A DNA stretch of 61,622 nucleotides, the filler included, from Choristocarpus tenellus KU-1152 (Eukaryota; Protista; Phaeophyceae): the NCBI GenBank assembly GCA_964200185.2. It is 9 parts of 9 records of this genome, joined end to end, with 100 filler letters (N's around TTAATTAATTAA, not from the genome) between each part and the next. Parts side by side here need not be neighbours in the genome. Positions count along the whole stretch, not along the records: positions 28,155 to 54,909 come from CAXNAD020000163.1; 8 more parts are not named here. One strand, written 5' to 3'. The notes below the pieces were generated by a model. It was not told the DNA's origin. It searched no databases and was given only the letters and a program-made list of their open reading frames with translations. Positions 38,001 to 50,932 of the stretch are shown one piece after another. A program made the translations under genes and the position numbers. The first letter of the stretch is position 1, and each line of letters begins with the position of its first letter.

Positions 38001-41000
38001 TATGGTTGACTTCATTTCAATTAATTGAGAATAATTGACGTCATAACTGAAAAGGTTCTTTTTTCGTTTCAGTAAATCTGGCGACACACAGTGTGAAATA
38101 ACCTAGTGCCTTTGTCACCACAAGGTGTCACTGGTCACAACTAATAACTTCTATTGTATTTTATTGTGTCCTCTTCTACATATCTTATGTACCTTCTTTC
38201 CTTCAGTGGCGTCAAAATTGTACTATGACCAGACATTATGGTATTAGAAGAGGTTCGTTAAAATAATCTGATGAATACACGTTCACTCTTCACATTCTGC
38301 CACTCAGCTACATATTCTTCAGATTTCAAGAAAAATAATAAGCACTAATCCATCTCAGGTACTGCCGCAGGAGACCATGTCCCCTTAGTGGGGAAACAGC
38401 ACAAAAAGGAAGTGAAACAAAAAAAAATGTGCTTCCAGAGGGGCCTCATTCCCTGTTCCAATTGGGGAAACTTTTTTGGCCTGATGGGCACCATGCCCTA
38501 CTTGGCAACTGGCATGCATTCTGGGGGAATTTTCATGCAATGACAGTTCGATCCATTCGATCAAAAAAATTCTCACCAGTTTAATTTTAGCCGAAAATTG
38601 CTTCTGTTCACAACACTACTCTTTCTAGTGGGCCAGCCTTTGTCAGTTGGGTGAGTCAAAGCAATAAAGAGGGTAGGACCGCGTCCGTTTGGGGTCTAAA
38701 ATCCAATGTTGCGATTCTGATGTAATTTTGACTGTCGTGTTTGTTAGTAACTGTCAATATCCTTGCTCCGGACACATGTTTCGTAGTTGTATACATCTTA
38801 GGTAAGTGTGTCCACACAAAAAGCGAAAAAGGGCATAAAAAAAAAGGTGGGAAGCCAAGCCCCGAACGAACAAACAGGGCAAAACTCCTTCCCTCTTGAA
38901 TGCTTTGGGTCTCTAGGGTGCGGTGTTTGTTAAGGGTAGTGACTTTGAAATAAGAGGTAAGAAGGCAAAGCAAAGGCAAACACAACCAGGGGAATGGTCA
39001 TATGAATCCACTGGCGTGCAAATGGCGTGTTCAGAAAATGTACAACAAATGTCCAGCAAGTCTTGCTCACTTTATGCTTGGCCTTGGGTGCTGTCTTGGG
39101 CTTGGCCTTTGTCTTGGGTGAAGGCCTGGGATTTTTTGATATTGGCTTTGGCTTTGGCTTTGGCTTTGGCTTTGGCTTTGGCTTTGGCTTTGGCTTTGGC
39201 TTTGTTTTTAGTGTTGGCTTTGGGGGCTCTTCCTCTGGAGACTCACTTTCAGTGGTTTCATCCTCTTTGCTAGTGTCGTCACTTGTGGAAGTGGAATCCG
39301 TGTCACTAGAAGAAGGAACATAAGGGAAAGACAGGACATAGGTGAGGTGAGGTGCAGAGGAAGTGAGGAAGGAGGTTTAAGGTATACTCGGAAGTGCTAC
39401 TTGGCGATTTGGAGTGCAAGGTGTTGGGTGCGTAGGAGGATACCACTTGCAGAAGATGGGGGGTGTACATTCCCTCATTCTTTTCCTGGAATACCCTAAA
39501 ATATCCCATCATCGCAATAGATTGTCCAGGTTGGACACGCCAAGTGCAAGAAGCTTAGGATCCACACTACGATAGTCTTGAGAAATCAATCGAGATACCA
39601 AAAAAATCCCCCAAGCTAGAAAACAAAGCAATACCGCCTCACGTTGAATCTTCTGATTCTCCACCCTCTACATCCTGCGGAGCTTTGAAGTTGATCTCGA
39701 GCAAACTTTCTTCCCCATCACTGAGTGGAGTTTCATCGTTGACCCTGCTTCCATTGCTGTCCAGAGCCTGCATATCAAAACAGACAACCTTGCTGTTCTG
39801 AAGAGTCCTTGTTCCTCGCTGTCTGTTAACGTCAACGTCACCTCCAGTGGTGTATGACATGTTGTTTGCATCAAGATTTCCATCCTCCTTTGTATAAACC
39901 TAATATGTGTTTGACAAATTGTGGGATCTATTGGAATAGCCCATATTTTTTCAATTTGAACTGAACCTGATAGTTCTGCACAAAATCATTGACTGGACAG
40001 AAGGTTTATGTGCCTAGATGACAAACAAAATTCAGTGCACCATATCAAGGGTCTTGAGGAAAGTCACAAAAAGCAAGCAGAAATCGGTTGTTCTTAATTT
40101 TTTACTCCAGAAGACTCCCCAAAAGATGATTGAGCTTGAAAGTAGGGGTAGAATGAATTAGACTTCGACGTTGAAAGTGTGTGCCACATTTGGAGTGAAG
40201 GTATGGAAATATGATGTTATTGGGTGTACCTGTGTTCCTCAATAGTAGAGTGAGTAGCGAATGACAACGGAAACCAGCATCATGATGCAGATGAGGTGAG
40301 TAGTGCTTAGCGATAAATGTTGGAACTCACAAGATCGCTTGTGACTAAGCGAATTCTCTTGTCCGTAGTAAGCAAGAGTTCAATGTCCATGTTGTCACCT
40401 CCTTGTGGGGTGTTCCGCAGTCGCAACCTCTTTCCATCATATGGAATGAATACCTACATGGGCGCACACAGGTGCCAAGCAATAGTGAGGGAGAAGGTTA
40501 TCAAATTATTCCATTTTCTTGCAAGTACCCGACTTGTGATTCAGAACAGCTCTACCCTGGTCAAAATCCATTCCAAAGTGAAATGCTCACGGGATTCAGC
40601 AAGCAATAGACAACTGTATCTCTATTCCCCAATACCTTGCATACGTCAGTATTTGGTGAAGGTTAAGACGTGGAAACTTGGGTATTAGAAAATGTACTGC
40701 TCTGAGTTTCTTGAGGTTGGAAATTGGAAACAGGTATGGTGTTATTGAGCTGGAGTCAAGACTGAATCTCTCCCTCTTCAAAAACCTGTCAGATAATATC
40801 TAGTAAATATGCATGTCTTCCACTCTTCCCCCTCTCCTTTGGTAGAGCAAGGCAATTCGGTTGGAAAGGTTTGCGAGTTTCTGCTGCTCATGGGTTCTCT
40901 CAAAAAGTCTTGACTCAAATGGTTTACATGAGCAGATTTGGAGGCGAGCAAAAAATACTCCGGGGTATGCAACAAGTGACCATACCTCATACCTAATACA

Positions 41001-44000
41001 GGTGAATGAAAGATGAAAATAAGCTTTTTCAAGAAAATTCACACTGCCAATTGCTGAAGACCACCCCAGAAAGACCCACTCAAATAAGTGAGGAACATGA
41101 GGAGCTGAAGAAAGAGAGCAAAACATTGAATTGATTACCTGCATCCCAATCATTACAGGAAGAGCTGACTGGTGCAGCTCAGCCTGCGCCTGGTTTAACG
41201 GGTCACCTTTTTTCCTCCCACCCCTTACTTCCTGCTGGTGCGGATTCTCTCTCCGACCTGATTTGTTGTGCTTTGTCCTACACCGAACGGTTTGTGTGGA
41301 TATGGGCAACAGCTGATCAAATAGTAAGAGTTGGATTGAGTCTGGGCAACATCCAGGACGTTGACTGAATTTGGTTGGTGGTTTATTTGCTTTAGAGTTG
41401 CTGGAAAGGATGTACTCATAGTTTTGACTTTGTCCGTTAAGGGTCACTGGTCCTCCAGCATTATCGTGGGTAGGTGATAGTGGTGCCATTCAATTTGTCT
41501 TCACCTTTAATATGACTAAATGATCAGAGTATCTTCTTACTTACAGTTCTAACATCCAGTCCTATACTTACTTCTTGACTATGTACTACGTAGTGCCCAA
41601 GGTTACTTTTTTAGGAAAGGTATCTCCTTTGCTCACTTATCAGTGGAAATCTGATGAAGAGGTACTAGATCTGAAAAAGATAGATCTGGTATCAAATCTC
41701 GGCTACCTATAGATGCACAGTCTGGCCTACCCTCGAAATGTTTTCACAATTTTTTTATCGAACAAGAAGTAGAAATACCGTGTCTGTGTGTTTCAAGTAC
41801 ACAAACTCAAGCTTAAATCTATGTGTTCTGAGCTAGACAAGAAACTGTAACACAGCCCAGTCTAAATGATATGGAGACAGGACTCTCCACCTATCTCCTC
41901 TCTTTTTACTAATAGGGAGAATTGGCTTGGTGCTATCCTTCAACAGCTATTAGCTAGGTTTCCCTAACAAAAATTTTCCTCTGAAACAAGTGCGAAAACA
42001 TGTTGCCCAGCTCAGATTTGGAAAATAACTGAGCTTCCTCCTGAGACTGCATACATGACCATGAATCGCTAGACAATAAACCTTTTTGTGGGTTACTTCG
42101 GCAACTTGACATGAAAGTGGAGAAGTGCATCGTGCTTAGTAGACAGAAGGTATCAAACTTGACGGCAAGTTGTTGAAAAAAATGTAAAATTTCAGGAAGG
42201 TCTCGGAGAGGCAGGTCTGAAGGGAGGTTTGACCCGAAATGTTATTTAAAGATCATGTCGATTCTGAGTGAAAATAATCGGAGGTGAACACAAATGAGAG
42301 TAGAGACTAGACCTGTGAAAACTTCTCTCAACACACCTGTTGTTCTTTTGTCACCCCAGATGTCCTGTCGGGTAGCTTTGCTCAAAACCTGAACTACTTG
42401 TCAACAATAGCAATAACGTACAAATGTTATGGGAGTTTTCCTATATCCACCCACTCCACTTAATTTCTATGGAAAATGCACAGAAATATGCCAATGGTTG
42501 AAAAAATTATCATCGACTTTGGCGCTCAGTCACCAGCACTGACTCTTGCCTCGTGACCCGTCTATGTTCCAGACCCATCACAAGTTTGTTGCAGTTATCC
42601 CCATGCCTCCTTCAGTGATCTCTCCCCACTATAGTTTGCCGTGATCTACCCTTCTCTCTCCTTCGACCTATGCTCACACCTCAGCCTCAATAGTAGCCTT
42701 ACCTCACAATAAACTCCACCAGAACCACCAGGGCAAACAGGTGGTGCATAACATATCCATCGACAGACAATGTCTCCACCTCCTCAGGCAGCAAGAGGAT
42801 GTCGTCGTCCTCTGCAATCTCAAGTGAGGCCTCCACCCACTGCATTGCCACGCACCACATTGATACATTTCCCGATCACATGTGTTATATGCAAGTGTTG
42901 ATAAGCGACGGTTGGTACATGGCACCTAGATCGGCTCATGTTGGTTGGCATTGGAAGCATTTGTTGGAAGCTTTTTACTATGCAACCCATTGAGATGGGA
43001 GAAGACACTACATATGGCAATATCAGGAAAGTACAAACCAGCATAGTGACTGCACCTTTTCCGGAAGTACAAGTGTGTACCCATTGTGGAAGCCTATCTT
43101 AATTCTGCGGCCAATGACACGGGCCCTCGAATCCCCACGGCCATGGCTCTGGGCGGCCACAACCTCCCTTTGAGTGCGGGAAAAGATGCCCAAGGTATTT
43201 TGACGTGTCGTCTTTAAGACCTCCTGTGTTTGCATTAGTGGGCGATTGGAAGAAAGGCAAAGGAGTTTTGAAATGACTACTGTAAGGGGTACACAAAAAT
43301 TTCTTATCTGTTGGTGAAATGGAAAAAGAGATAAATATTTCAGCCTATTCCCACTAGAGACCAATGGATTTTTCCACTGGTTACAGCAATATGCGCAAGG
43401 AGAATGTCAAACACAATGCACAGCCGTTGCTATTAACCTCCCCTTTGCCCCTCTTGGGCCTCCTTTTCGTCTTCCGTCCTTTGCCCTACACTCCTGTGCG
43501 TCGCTTCTATCAATAATCCTAGAAGAACTGAACGACCTTGAAGAGAATTGGGTGAATTTGCCTCTCATCCAACAATAGATGTGTTATCATCTGATTGATT
43601 TATTTTCGTTTGTGAAATACATTATCAAACACTCCATGCAATGGTCCCCCAAGATAGACCTGATCAGGTACAGCCTCCCCAATGCTGTAAAGCAGCTCCT
43701 TCTCAAACTGCTCCCTCTGTGGTATCACCACCCTCAAGTTGGACAGTCTCAGCTCAAGACGTGCCGCTAACCGTGGTTTGACTGGAGCCACAAACCACTG
43801 CCTCTTTCCCTCATCAGACCCTCGTCTTTTGCTCCCCCTGTTTCCCTCCTCAAGGCAGAGGCCAAGGAAAGGACCATGCTGAGACTCTCTATCGGGAATA
43901 TGCACTCTACGCATCTGCAACAGAGCAATGAGGTCGAGAGAGGTTTAGAATGAAGGGGTATCATTTCGTTTTTGTTGTGAGGGAGTCTTTTTGACGTTAG

Positions 44001-47000
44001 TACTACATAGCAGCAATAGCAAGATAGATATAGTTTGTGAGGTTCAGGGAAAATATTTTTCATCATGCATGTGCAAAGGTCTAAATCTTACATTGAGAAA
44101 ACATTAGTACTTTTCCTTTGAACATACCCCAACTCCATCATCATATAATTATCCTTCATTCTGCCATCTATCATGGGCAGGGAAAGGGGGTGAGGTGGAG
44201 CACAGTTGGACAAAGGATATTGAACAGTCCACAAAAAAAGTACACGCATTCACCACCACAACATTAGTTCAGAGCTTTTTGAGGTCACTGATGCATTCAG
44301 ATCTTACCACCTCACTCCTGAGTAACCTGAAGTATCCTGTTGCACTTTGAGGAGATCGAAGATTGTTATTAACATGTGTAAGCATTATTTCAGGGTGAGG
44401 TCTTCTCTCCCTTTGGCCCATTCCTTACCACAATTTTCAGAATCATAGCCCAAGAAAATATCTCAAGATGGCTTCCACAACAAAGACACCCTCTCACTTC
44501 AGACTACTGAGCATGAGTTCCAAGTATATTGAAAAAAAAATCACCTACAGGTACTGTGACGAGACAACACAAGGGAAGAGTGCAACATTAATGTGGGAAT
44601 GGCAGTAGTAATGATTTCAATTCTAAAACACACAACTGTCGGCTTCATACCTAATGGATTGTAGAGGGGTTCTTCTTGAACTACTGCCCTGCAAGAGCTT
44701 GACTTTGATTAACTAGTTGATCATTCCATGCGCCAAAACACCATGCCTACAAACTTTTACACACCTGCATGCCGGGAAGAGTGCCTGTAGCTGAGATTAT
44801 CTCATCCGGCCTGAACAAGTGCTTGGCTGACATCAACTTGTCCCACACTTCTAAGGTAAACCACAGCGAGCAGCCTGGGATAGCTGTCTCCCCAACACTG
44901 CCCCAATCACCCTGGCAAATGACAAGTTTAGAGATGGGTTTGAGACCGAGATCATCTACCTATTTGGACGCATGCTTGACCTAATGCTTGGGATTGTTGA
45001 GCGGTGGGTTAGGTATTACTTTGGGCTGGTGTTGGGACTGGAAAAAATGGAGACCAAGTATGCAGGATATGTTTGGGATTGAGAATAGGCTTAGCAAGAT
45101 TCTAGGGATTGATAGGGGATTAATTTGGGATGGGGAATGTGCAGTCGTTGAGGTCAAGATTTGGACCAAAGGTGGTGGCATGTCTAGGGCTGGTTTGGTT
45201 TCAGTTTGAGTCAACACAACTTGATTAGATGCACCTTATCCAATTGTGGAACATATCATAGTGTAACTGGTGCCTCAGGATAATCAATATACATCAAACA
45301 AATTCTCCGGGTGCATTATGGATATCATCAAATAACAGGACTAAGTGTGTGTAATCCTGAAGGCAAGCCTCCGATGTTGTACCGGTAAGAGCCAAAGTAT
45401 CTTAGAGGGTAGGGTCGCGTCCATTTGGAGGATAAAATCCAATGTTGCGATTTGATGTAATTTGTCTATCTTGTTTGTTAGGAAGTGTCAATATCCTTGT
45501 TCTGGGCACACCTTTTCCTAATGTATACATTTTACCTACTCCTAAACATTTTGGAGTAGGAAAATGTCAATAAAAAAAACACGGGAAGCCATGCCCCAAA
45601 TGGACTAACAGGGCAAAACTCGTACCCTCTAAGATACTTTCACTCTAAGCAAGGAATGGAGCCTTAATGCTCAATATTGTTCTTACAAATAGCACTTCTC
45701 AAGTAACTGCTTGTTTTGTATCTGCTCGGAGGCATTTCATTTCACCAAGACTGAAAACTAGTAGTAGCCCCCTACATGCGCACACTACTCACAATTACAG
45801 ATACAATTACAGATAAATCCATCAACTAAATGCAAAAACGTATCTAGGGAAAGATATCCAAGATAGAAATATACCTAAAACTTATCTTCAATCTTGAGTG
45901 GTGGGGTCATCCCATATGTCTTTGCTTCATTTTGACACACCTTTTGTCAACCTCTGTTCTGCAGTGACATGTTTGTTTTGGGGGACTTCTATTGTCCATG
46001 TAAAACTTAGGGTTGGGGTGTATTGCACAGGGATAAAAGTAGAGGGAGTTTTACACAAAGAGTAAAAGTATTTGAGATGTAGGCAAGGCTTCATATTAAG
46101 GATCCCAAGAAATGGAACAAAGATATCCTCTTGTCCAATTGTAGAAAGATCATTTGCTGAATTTTGGTGTAACTTTGTGTATGTAAAGTGGGAATATCAA
46201 CTTTGTATACACTATTGCGCACATAAGGTAATGAAATAGGATGTATTGCACAGAGTAGCAAAGATGGCTTAGAATGAAAAAGCGTCCAAACCCGCTTATG
46301 TCTCAATTAGTTTGGTCTAAAACCATGGTCAAAAAGTGTTCACCTCACGACTATGATGACTAAACAAAGTATATGTACACTCCCAATGCAGAAATACTCG
46401 CTGTGCAAATATCATGTGAGAATTGCTTGGCTATTGAAAGATCTAGTTCTAAGTGTTGCTCTAGACGAGGGTTAGGGTTGGTACCACTGTCATATCATGG
46501 AAATAGATCTAGAAGACAAGCAAAAAAGAGAGAAAAACATAATTTGAAGAAGCATTCTTCAACGCATACACTGTCCTTGTCCACACTGGCTCATTCTCCT
46601 TGCATCCCCTTCTATCTCAATGCCTCTTACCTGCTCAAAGAAGATGAGGTTTCGAGGAGACCCCCGATACACGTCTCTGTGTTGTACCGCTTCTGGCTCG
46701 TTTGGACCAAAGAACTGGATAAATGTCCACCCACATCCATACTGGCCGATCTGTTGACATGTGGAACATTTCAAAGACACTTAGGTCACGAAAAAAAAAA
46801 GACAGTAGTGACAACATAGCTAAACCTACTTGTCTGATATCTGGTAGTTGTGGGGTCCCATAGGTCTGCTTTCCACCCCTTTAATCAACTCCACTTGAAT
46901 ATTCCACAAGAAGGAGGTTGGAAAAGAAACCTAATCCCTTGCACTGTGAGGTGGATCTATCATGCGTTCTTACCCTTGTTCCCCAGTCCTCCCACATGCA

Positions 47001-47512
47001 CCAAACAACTTGGCAAAGGCCACGACTCCCCTGTCCATAAAGTCTCATGTACCCTATCCATAAAGAATTACACCTATATCTACAATCAAATAACAAAAGC
47101 CTTGCAGGATCTTCCAGGCAAATACACTTCACAGGCTCAAAAGGGAGTCCAGGTTACCACATCCAGACTCTTTTTCTTCTTTGTGCGCATATACCATCCT
47201 TCGTCAATCTTAGAACTAACAACCTTACAATTATTCCAGAGTGAAAGTATCTTAGAGGGTATGAGTTTTTCCCTGTGTGTCCATTTGGGGCTTGGCTTCC
47301 CATGTTTTTTTTAATGAAATTTTCCTACTCCAAAATGTTCGGAATATGGATATTGACACTTCCTAACAAACACAATAGCCAAAACTACATCAAAATCGCA
47401 ACATTGGATACAAACCCCCAAATGGACGCGGCCCTATCCTCTAAGATACTTTGACCCCCATACACCATTTCATGATTTTTTTGCTCTCTTTACCACCTAC
47501 TATAATCTGTCC

Positions 47513-47549
<37 letters not shown>

Positions 47550-50500
47550 CCCTGCAACCAGCATGCTATCTCCCTCCCCACTACCCCATCATTGCTTTCC
47601 TTTTTTGTGGTACAAAAATCCAATCTTGCTATTTTCCCCCCCTCTTATTCCCACACGTTCTGCTCTCATTTCAAGTTTCCTCTTCCATCTTTATCTAAAA
47701 AACCTGAGTGAAATTATCTTAGAGGGTATGAGTTTTGCCCTGTTTGTGCATTTGGGACTTGGCTTCCCATGTTTTTATTAATGATATTTTCCTACTCCAA
47801 TATATTTTGGGGTAGGTAAAATGTATACGTTATGAAAAGGTGTGTCTGGAACAAGGGTACTGACACTTCCTAACAAACACAATAGCCAAAGTTACATCAA
47901 AATCACAACATTGGATTTTGGTCCCTAAATGGACGCGACTCTACCCTCTAAGATACTTTGACTCCCTATTTCCACTCGTAAGTGGTTCTATGCACCTAAC
48001 TCCACATGCTTTGCACCACCATTATCTCTGCACCAATTTGTCATCAACACCTCATTGTCAAGCTTATACTGGATTTGATTACCCTCTGTCCTTCCTTCAT
48101 CTGCCTGACTCTCTGTAACCAGCCTATGTTTCAACCTATCTCATACTATGCTTTCACCCCAACATACCTCAATGCCATTGTTCTCATCGACAACAGTGGC
48201 CACTAGCTCAACCACAGCAAGACAGTTGGGGTCCTCAAATCTCGTGTACCAATACACCAGTTCCTTGTGCTGTGTCCCCACCTCGAGCTCCTCCTCTTTC
48301 ACACTTCCCCCTGCACCTCCTTCGTTTTCCCTACTTCCTTTGGCTCCCCTACCACGGTTCCTTCCATCCAACTTCTGCTAGAGGAGCAGCATGATATCAT
48401 GCACAACATGTTTCGTCATAAATTAGAGCCAGAGCCATCATGTCAAGATTGAGGGATTGGGACATGAGACTACGGGATAAACACCATCCAAATGCTTCAT
48501 TGCTACATATCTTAATTTTCAACTAGTGTACAGCTGCTTATTTTTGTACTGGACACCCGACTGACTCAATACTTCCATTTTACTGTAGCATTCATCTTGA
48601 TATGACCCAATATATCACAGTAAGAAATGTGTTCTTCCTGAAAAATCTCACATGCCAATGTCTTCATGCCTAGTGCAGTTTATTTTTTCTTGATACACTC
48701 ATCTCGTAGTGGTGCGGGGCAGGAAAGCTCAATAGTGGGCTTACAAAATAGTGGTGCTGTTGGGCTGTGATTTTGTGGCAACCATGTTTTAGGTGGGGTT
48801 ACTAGCTGAGGTTTCGGGTAATTTTTTTATTTCATTATGGAGGGACACTCTCTTGTTGCCTTTGTGATTAGCCTCTACTGCCAGAGGGTGTGGGACAAAA
48901 TGACTTCCTTCTCCTAGGTATTGGACTCACTCTGCAGGAACTACAGATCAGGAGAAAGGTATGCTTGCATATCATACAAGGGTGCTGAAAATTCTAACAG
49001 AGGGACAAAGATAGGATAGGCAGAGGTACCCAGTCATAGGACCAAGTGTGAAGAATAAACAAAGTTACTGTATGTTTTCCTCACTACCATCATGTTCCTC
49101 ATACAATGTCATCATTACCTCATTCAACCTACTCTTCTGGCGCATCCCTCTGCCAGTGTATCCTCGCCTCATCTTTGCACTGGTTAAATGTCTCCTTCCT
49201 TTGCCATTGCCATAAGAATCATGTGTCACACGCCCCTCATCTCCCTCCTTCAAAGATCTACTGAGAAAAGTGTTGCCATAGAACCGGCGTGAGCCAGCAT
49301 GGTACATGCTTATACTCAATGAGAATTGAAGGCCATGCCCATCTCGGCGAGTCCAGTGCACAATTGCTGGCGGAACCTGCCACCCATCGACCTTTGACAA
49401 GCCAGGAACACAAGTAGGGGTGGCGTTAAAGGGTTGGAAACTATAATATATTGATGCACCTGGGATATGGAGCAGAAGTAGAAAGTATCCTTGGCAAGGT
49501 AGGAGAGGGGAAGGAGGGCAGATATATATATATATATATATCCGTTTCTTTGCTGACCCTATGCATCACACTTCTGTGTCCAATCAAATTTGCTATGGAT
49601 GAGGTTGTGCCCTGGACCATGTGCAAGTATGTACTATTATCTTGGCAGATATTCTATGTCCTTTCTTACGTACTGAAATTAAGTTTACTGATTGTGCATC
49701 TACCACACACTTGATTGAGATCCCTGTGTGGTAAACATTGCCGGCTGAAATTGTTGAGCATAAGAACATAGCCAGAGTATACTTCAGTAGGAACGGGGAA
49801 TGTGTCACTGGTCTCCTACATCCGCAGTCCTACCCTACGAGTTGTTCCTCCGATGATTGGACTTAGAAGACATGTGACCCACTCTTCTTTGCCAATATCT
49901 CGCCTCCCTCAGCACTCTTAAGTCAACAGGCACTAGCTTAAGTGATAGTTGCTCTTGTGTATGCCGTTTGCACTTATTCGACATGTCCAATATCTCCAAG
50001 TTGTGAAACCTCCCTACCTTTATTAGCTGGAGTGAGAAGGGTGTGATTGCCCCCTTCTTGGCTTTCCTGGGGGACTCTTCCCTGCACAGGTCATCCAATG
50101 TCAGATATGCTCTACCTCGGCAGAAGGCCACCCAATCCCTTACACGCCCCTGCTCCTTCACTTCTGCCCTTGTGTTGGGCTTCGGTAATGTGAAGAACCC
50201 AGTGCCTCCAAAGCCCATAGGGGTCAGGGATCGTGTCCTATGGCGGGTTTCACCCAATGACCGTACTGTGGAAGAATCACGGTCGCGTCTACCCCTCCCA
50301 CGGTTTCCCCCTCGAATGTGACTGTGCTGCCTGTGATCTAATGTTGGCTCCTGGTTATAGGAGGAGGAGTCGGAGCTCCTTTTGCGGCCCCAGTCAGAGC
50401 CACCGTCCTGGTCCCTTCGACTTCTTTGTTCACTAGTGGAAGCAGCATTCTCACGGTGCGAGGTCCCTTCCTCTCCATTTGACTCATCACTTTCGCCGTA

Positions 50501-50932
50501 TATTCCTTCTAAGCTACTTTGACGACTGCCAGAGCTGCTCCTGCGCCGCTTGATTTCTCCACCTAGACCATTAGTGTTGTTGAGCATTTTGTCCAGACTT
50601 TTTCGATGGCCAGTCGAACTACTCTTGCGTGAACTAGCCTCTCCGCTTGGACCATCAATGCCATCATGCACTCCGTCCAGACTTTTCCGGTGGCTACTCG
50701 AGCTGCTCCTACGCCTGGAGGCTCCTCTTTGATCCCTATTTTTGGACACTAAATCCTCGCTTCCAGCGTTGTCGTCCCTTCCCTTAACGTTTGTGCTTGC
50801 CTCGACGGACGTTTTCACTCTCTGAGGAGCTCCGCCGTCATCGTTCACGTTCTCATTGGCTTCGTCGGACATATCTTCCAGAATTCTGAATATTTGTTTT
50901 GGGGTTTGCTCGCTTGGTCGATCCTCTTTCAT
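29078..50932 (-). CDS. NPHP4: Nephrocystin-4 (ciliary transition-zone protein) with EF-hand-like region; 23 exons, 3'-truncated by the contig edge
   Basis: Phase-consistent exon chain, about 1660 aa: 50018-50932, 49119-49391, 48168-48374, 46631-46750, 44765-44911, 43660-43914, 43056-43223, 42703-42839, 41139-41277, 40331-40453, 39643-39899, 39071-39305, ~37547-37813, 36994-37178, 35023-35356, 34187-34300, 33530-33682, 32858-32974, 32424-32597, 31507-31650, 31071-31276, 29561-29779, 29078-29180. NPHP4 motifs in order: RFYGNTFLS; LVYWYT..LAVVELV; GCGW..VYRGSPRNL; RRIKIGFHNG; LSRANRTRLSRHGF; DPL..ITVQFAGF..PSSIYFTYQLY; YLMTKTLFVDVWDGDALMHLG..LRTLMRQ. Confidence 0.92.
31769..32026 (+). mobile_element. 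MITE family A copy (NPHP4 intron)
   Basis: TIRs present; 4-bp TSD tgct/tgct. Confidence 0.93.
36325..36860 (-). mobile_element. MITE family C copy hosting a nested family A MITE
   Basis: Termini gacatatagtatttcagaggg / ccatctcggatactatgggtc; both halves align to the reverse complement of 57333-57602 once 36525-36785 is removed. Confidence 0.78.
36525..36785 (-). mobile_element. MITE family A copy (nested in family C)
   Basis: TIRs present; 4-bp TSD atga/atga. Confidence 0.93.
38653..38913 (+). mobile_element. MITE family A copy, divergent
   Basis: gagtcaaagcaataaagagggt...ttccctcttgaatgcttt; body aligns, no clean TSD. Confidence 0.8.
39142..39204 (-). repeat. Coding (AAGCCA)n hexamer giving a (Lys-Pro)n tract in an NPHP4 exon
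   Basis: About 10 units of tggctt on the + strand inside exon 39071-39305. Confidence 0.9.
45389..45645 (+). mobile_element. MITE family A copy (NPHP4 intron)
   Basis: TIRs present; 3-bp TSD taa/taa. Confidence 0.93.
47239..47457 (-). mobile_element. MITE family A copy with ~40-bp internal deletion
   Basis: TIRs present; 3-bp TSD cca/cca. Confidence 0.9.
47706..47964 (-). mobile_element. MITE family A copy
   Basis: TIRs present; 3-bp TSD cct/cct. Confidence 0.93.

Noticed and set aside
40460-42560. ORF 40800-41489 (229 aa) and nearby ORFs as separate genes or LINE RT
   Set aside because: Only 41139-41277 is an NPHP4 exon; the rest is intron read-through. The NFLEKAY resemblance to RT is too weak.
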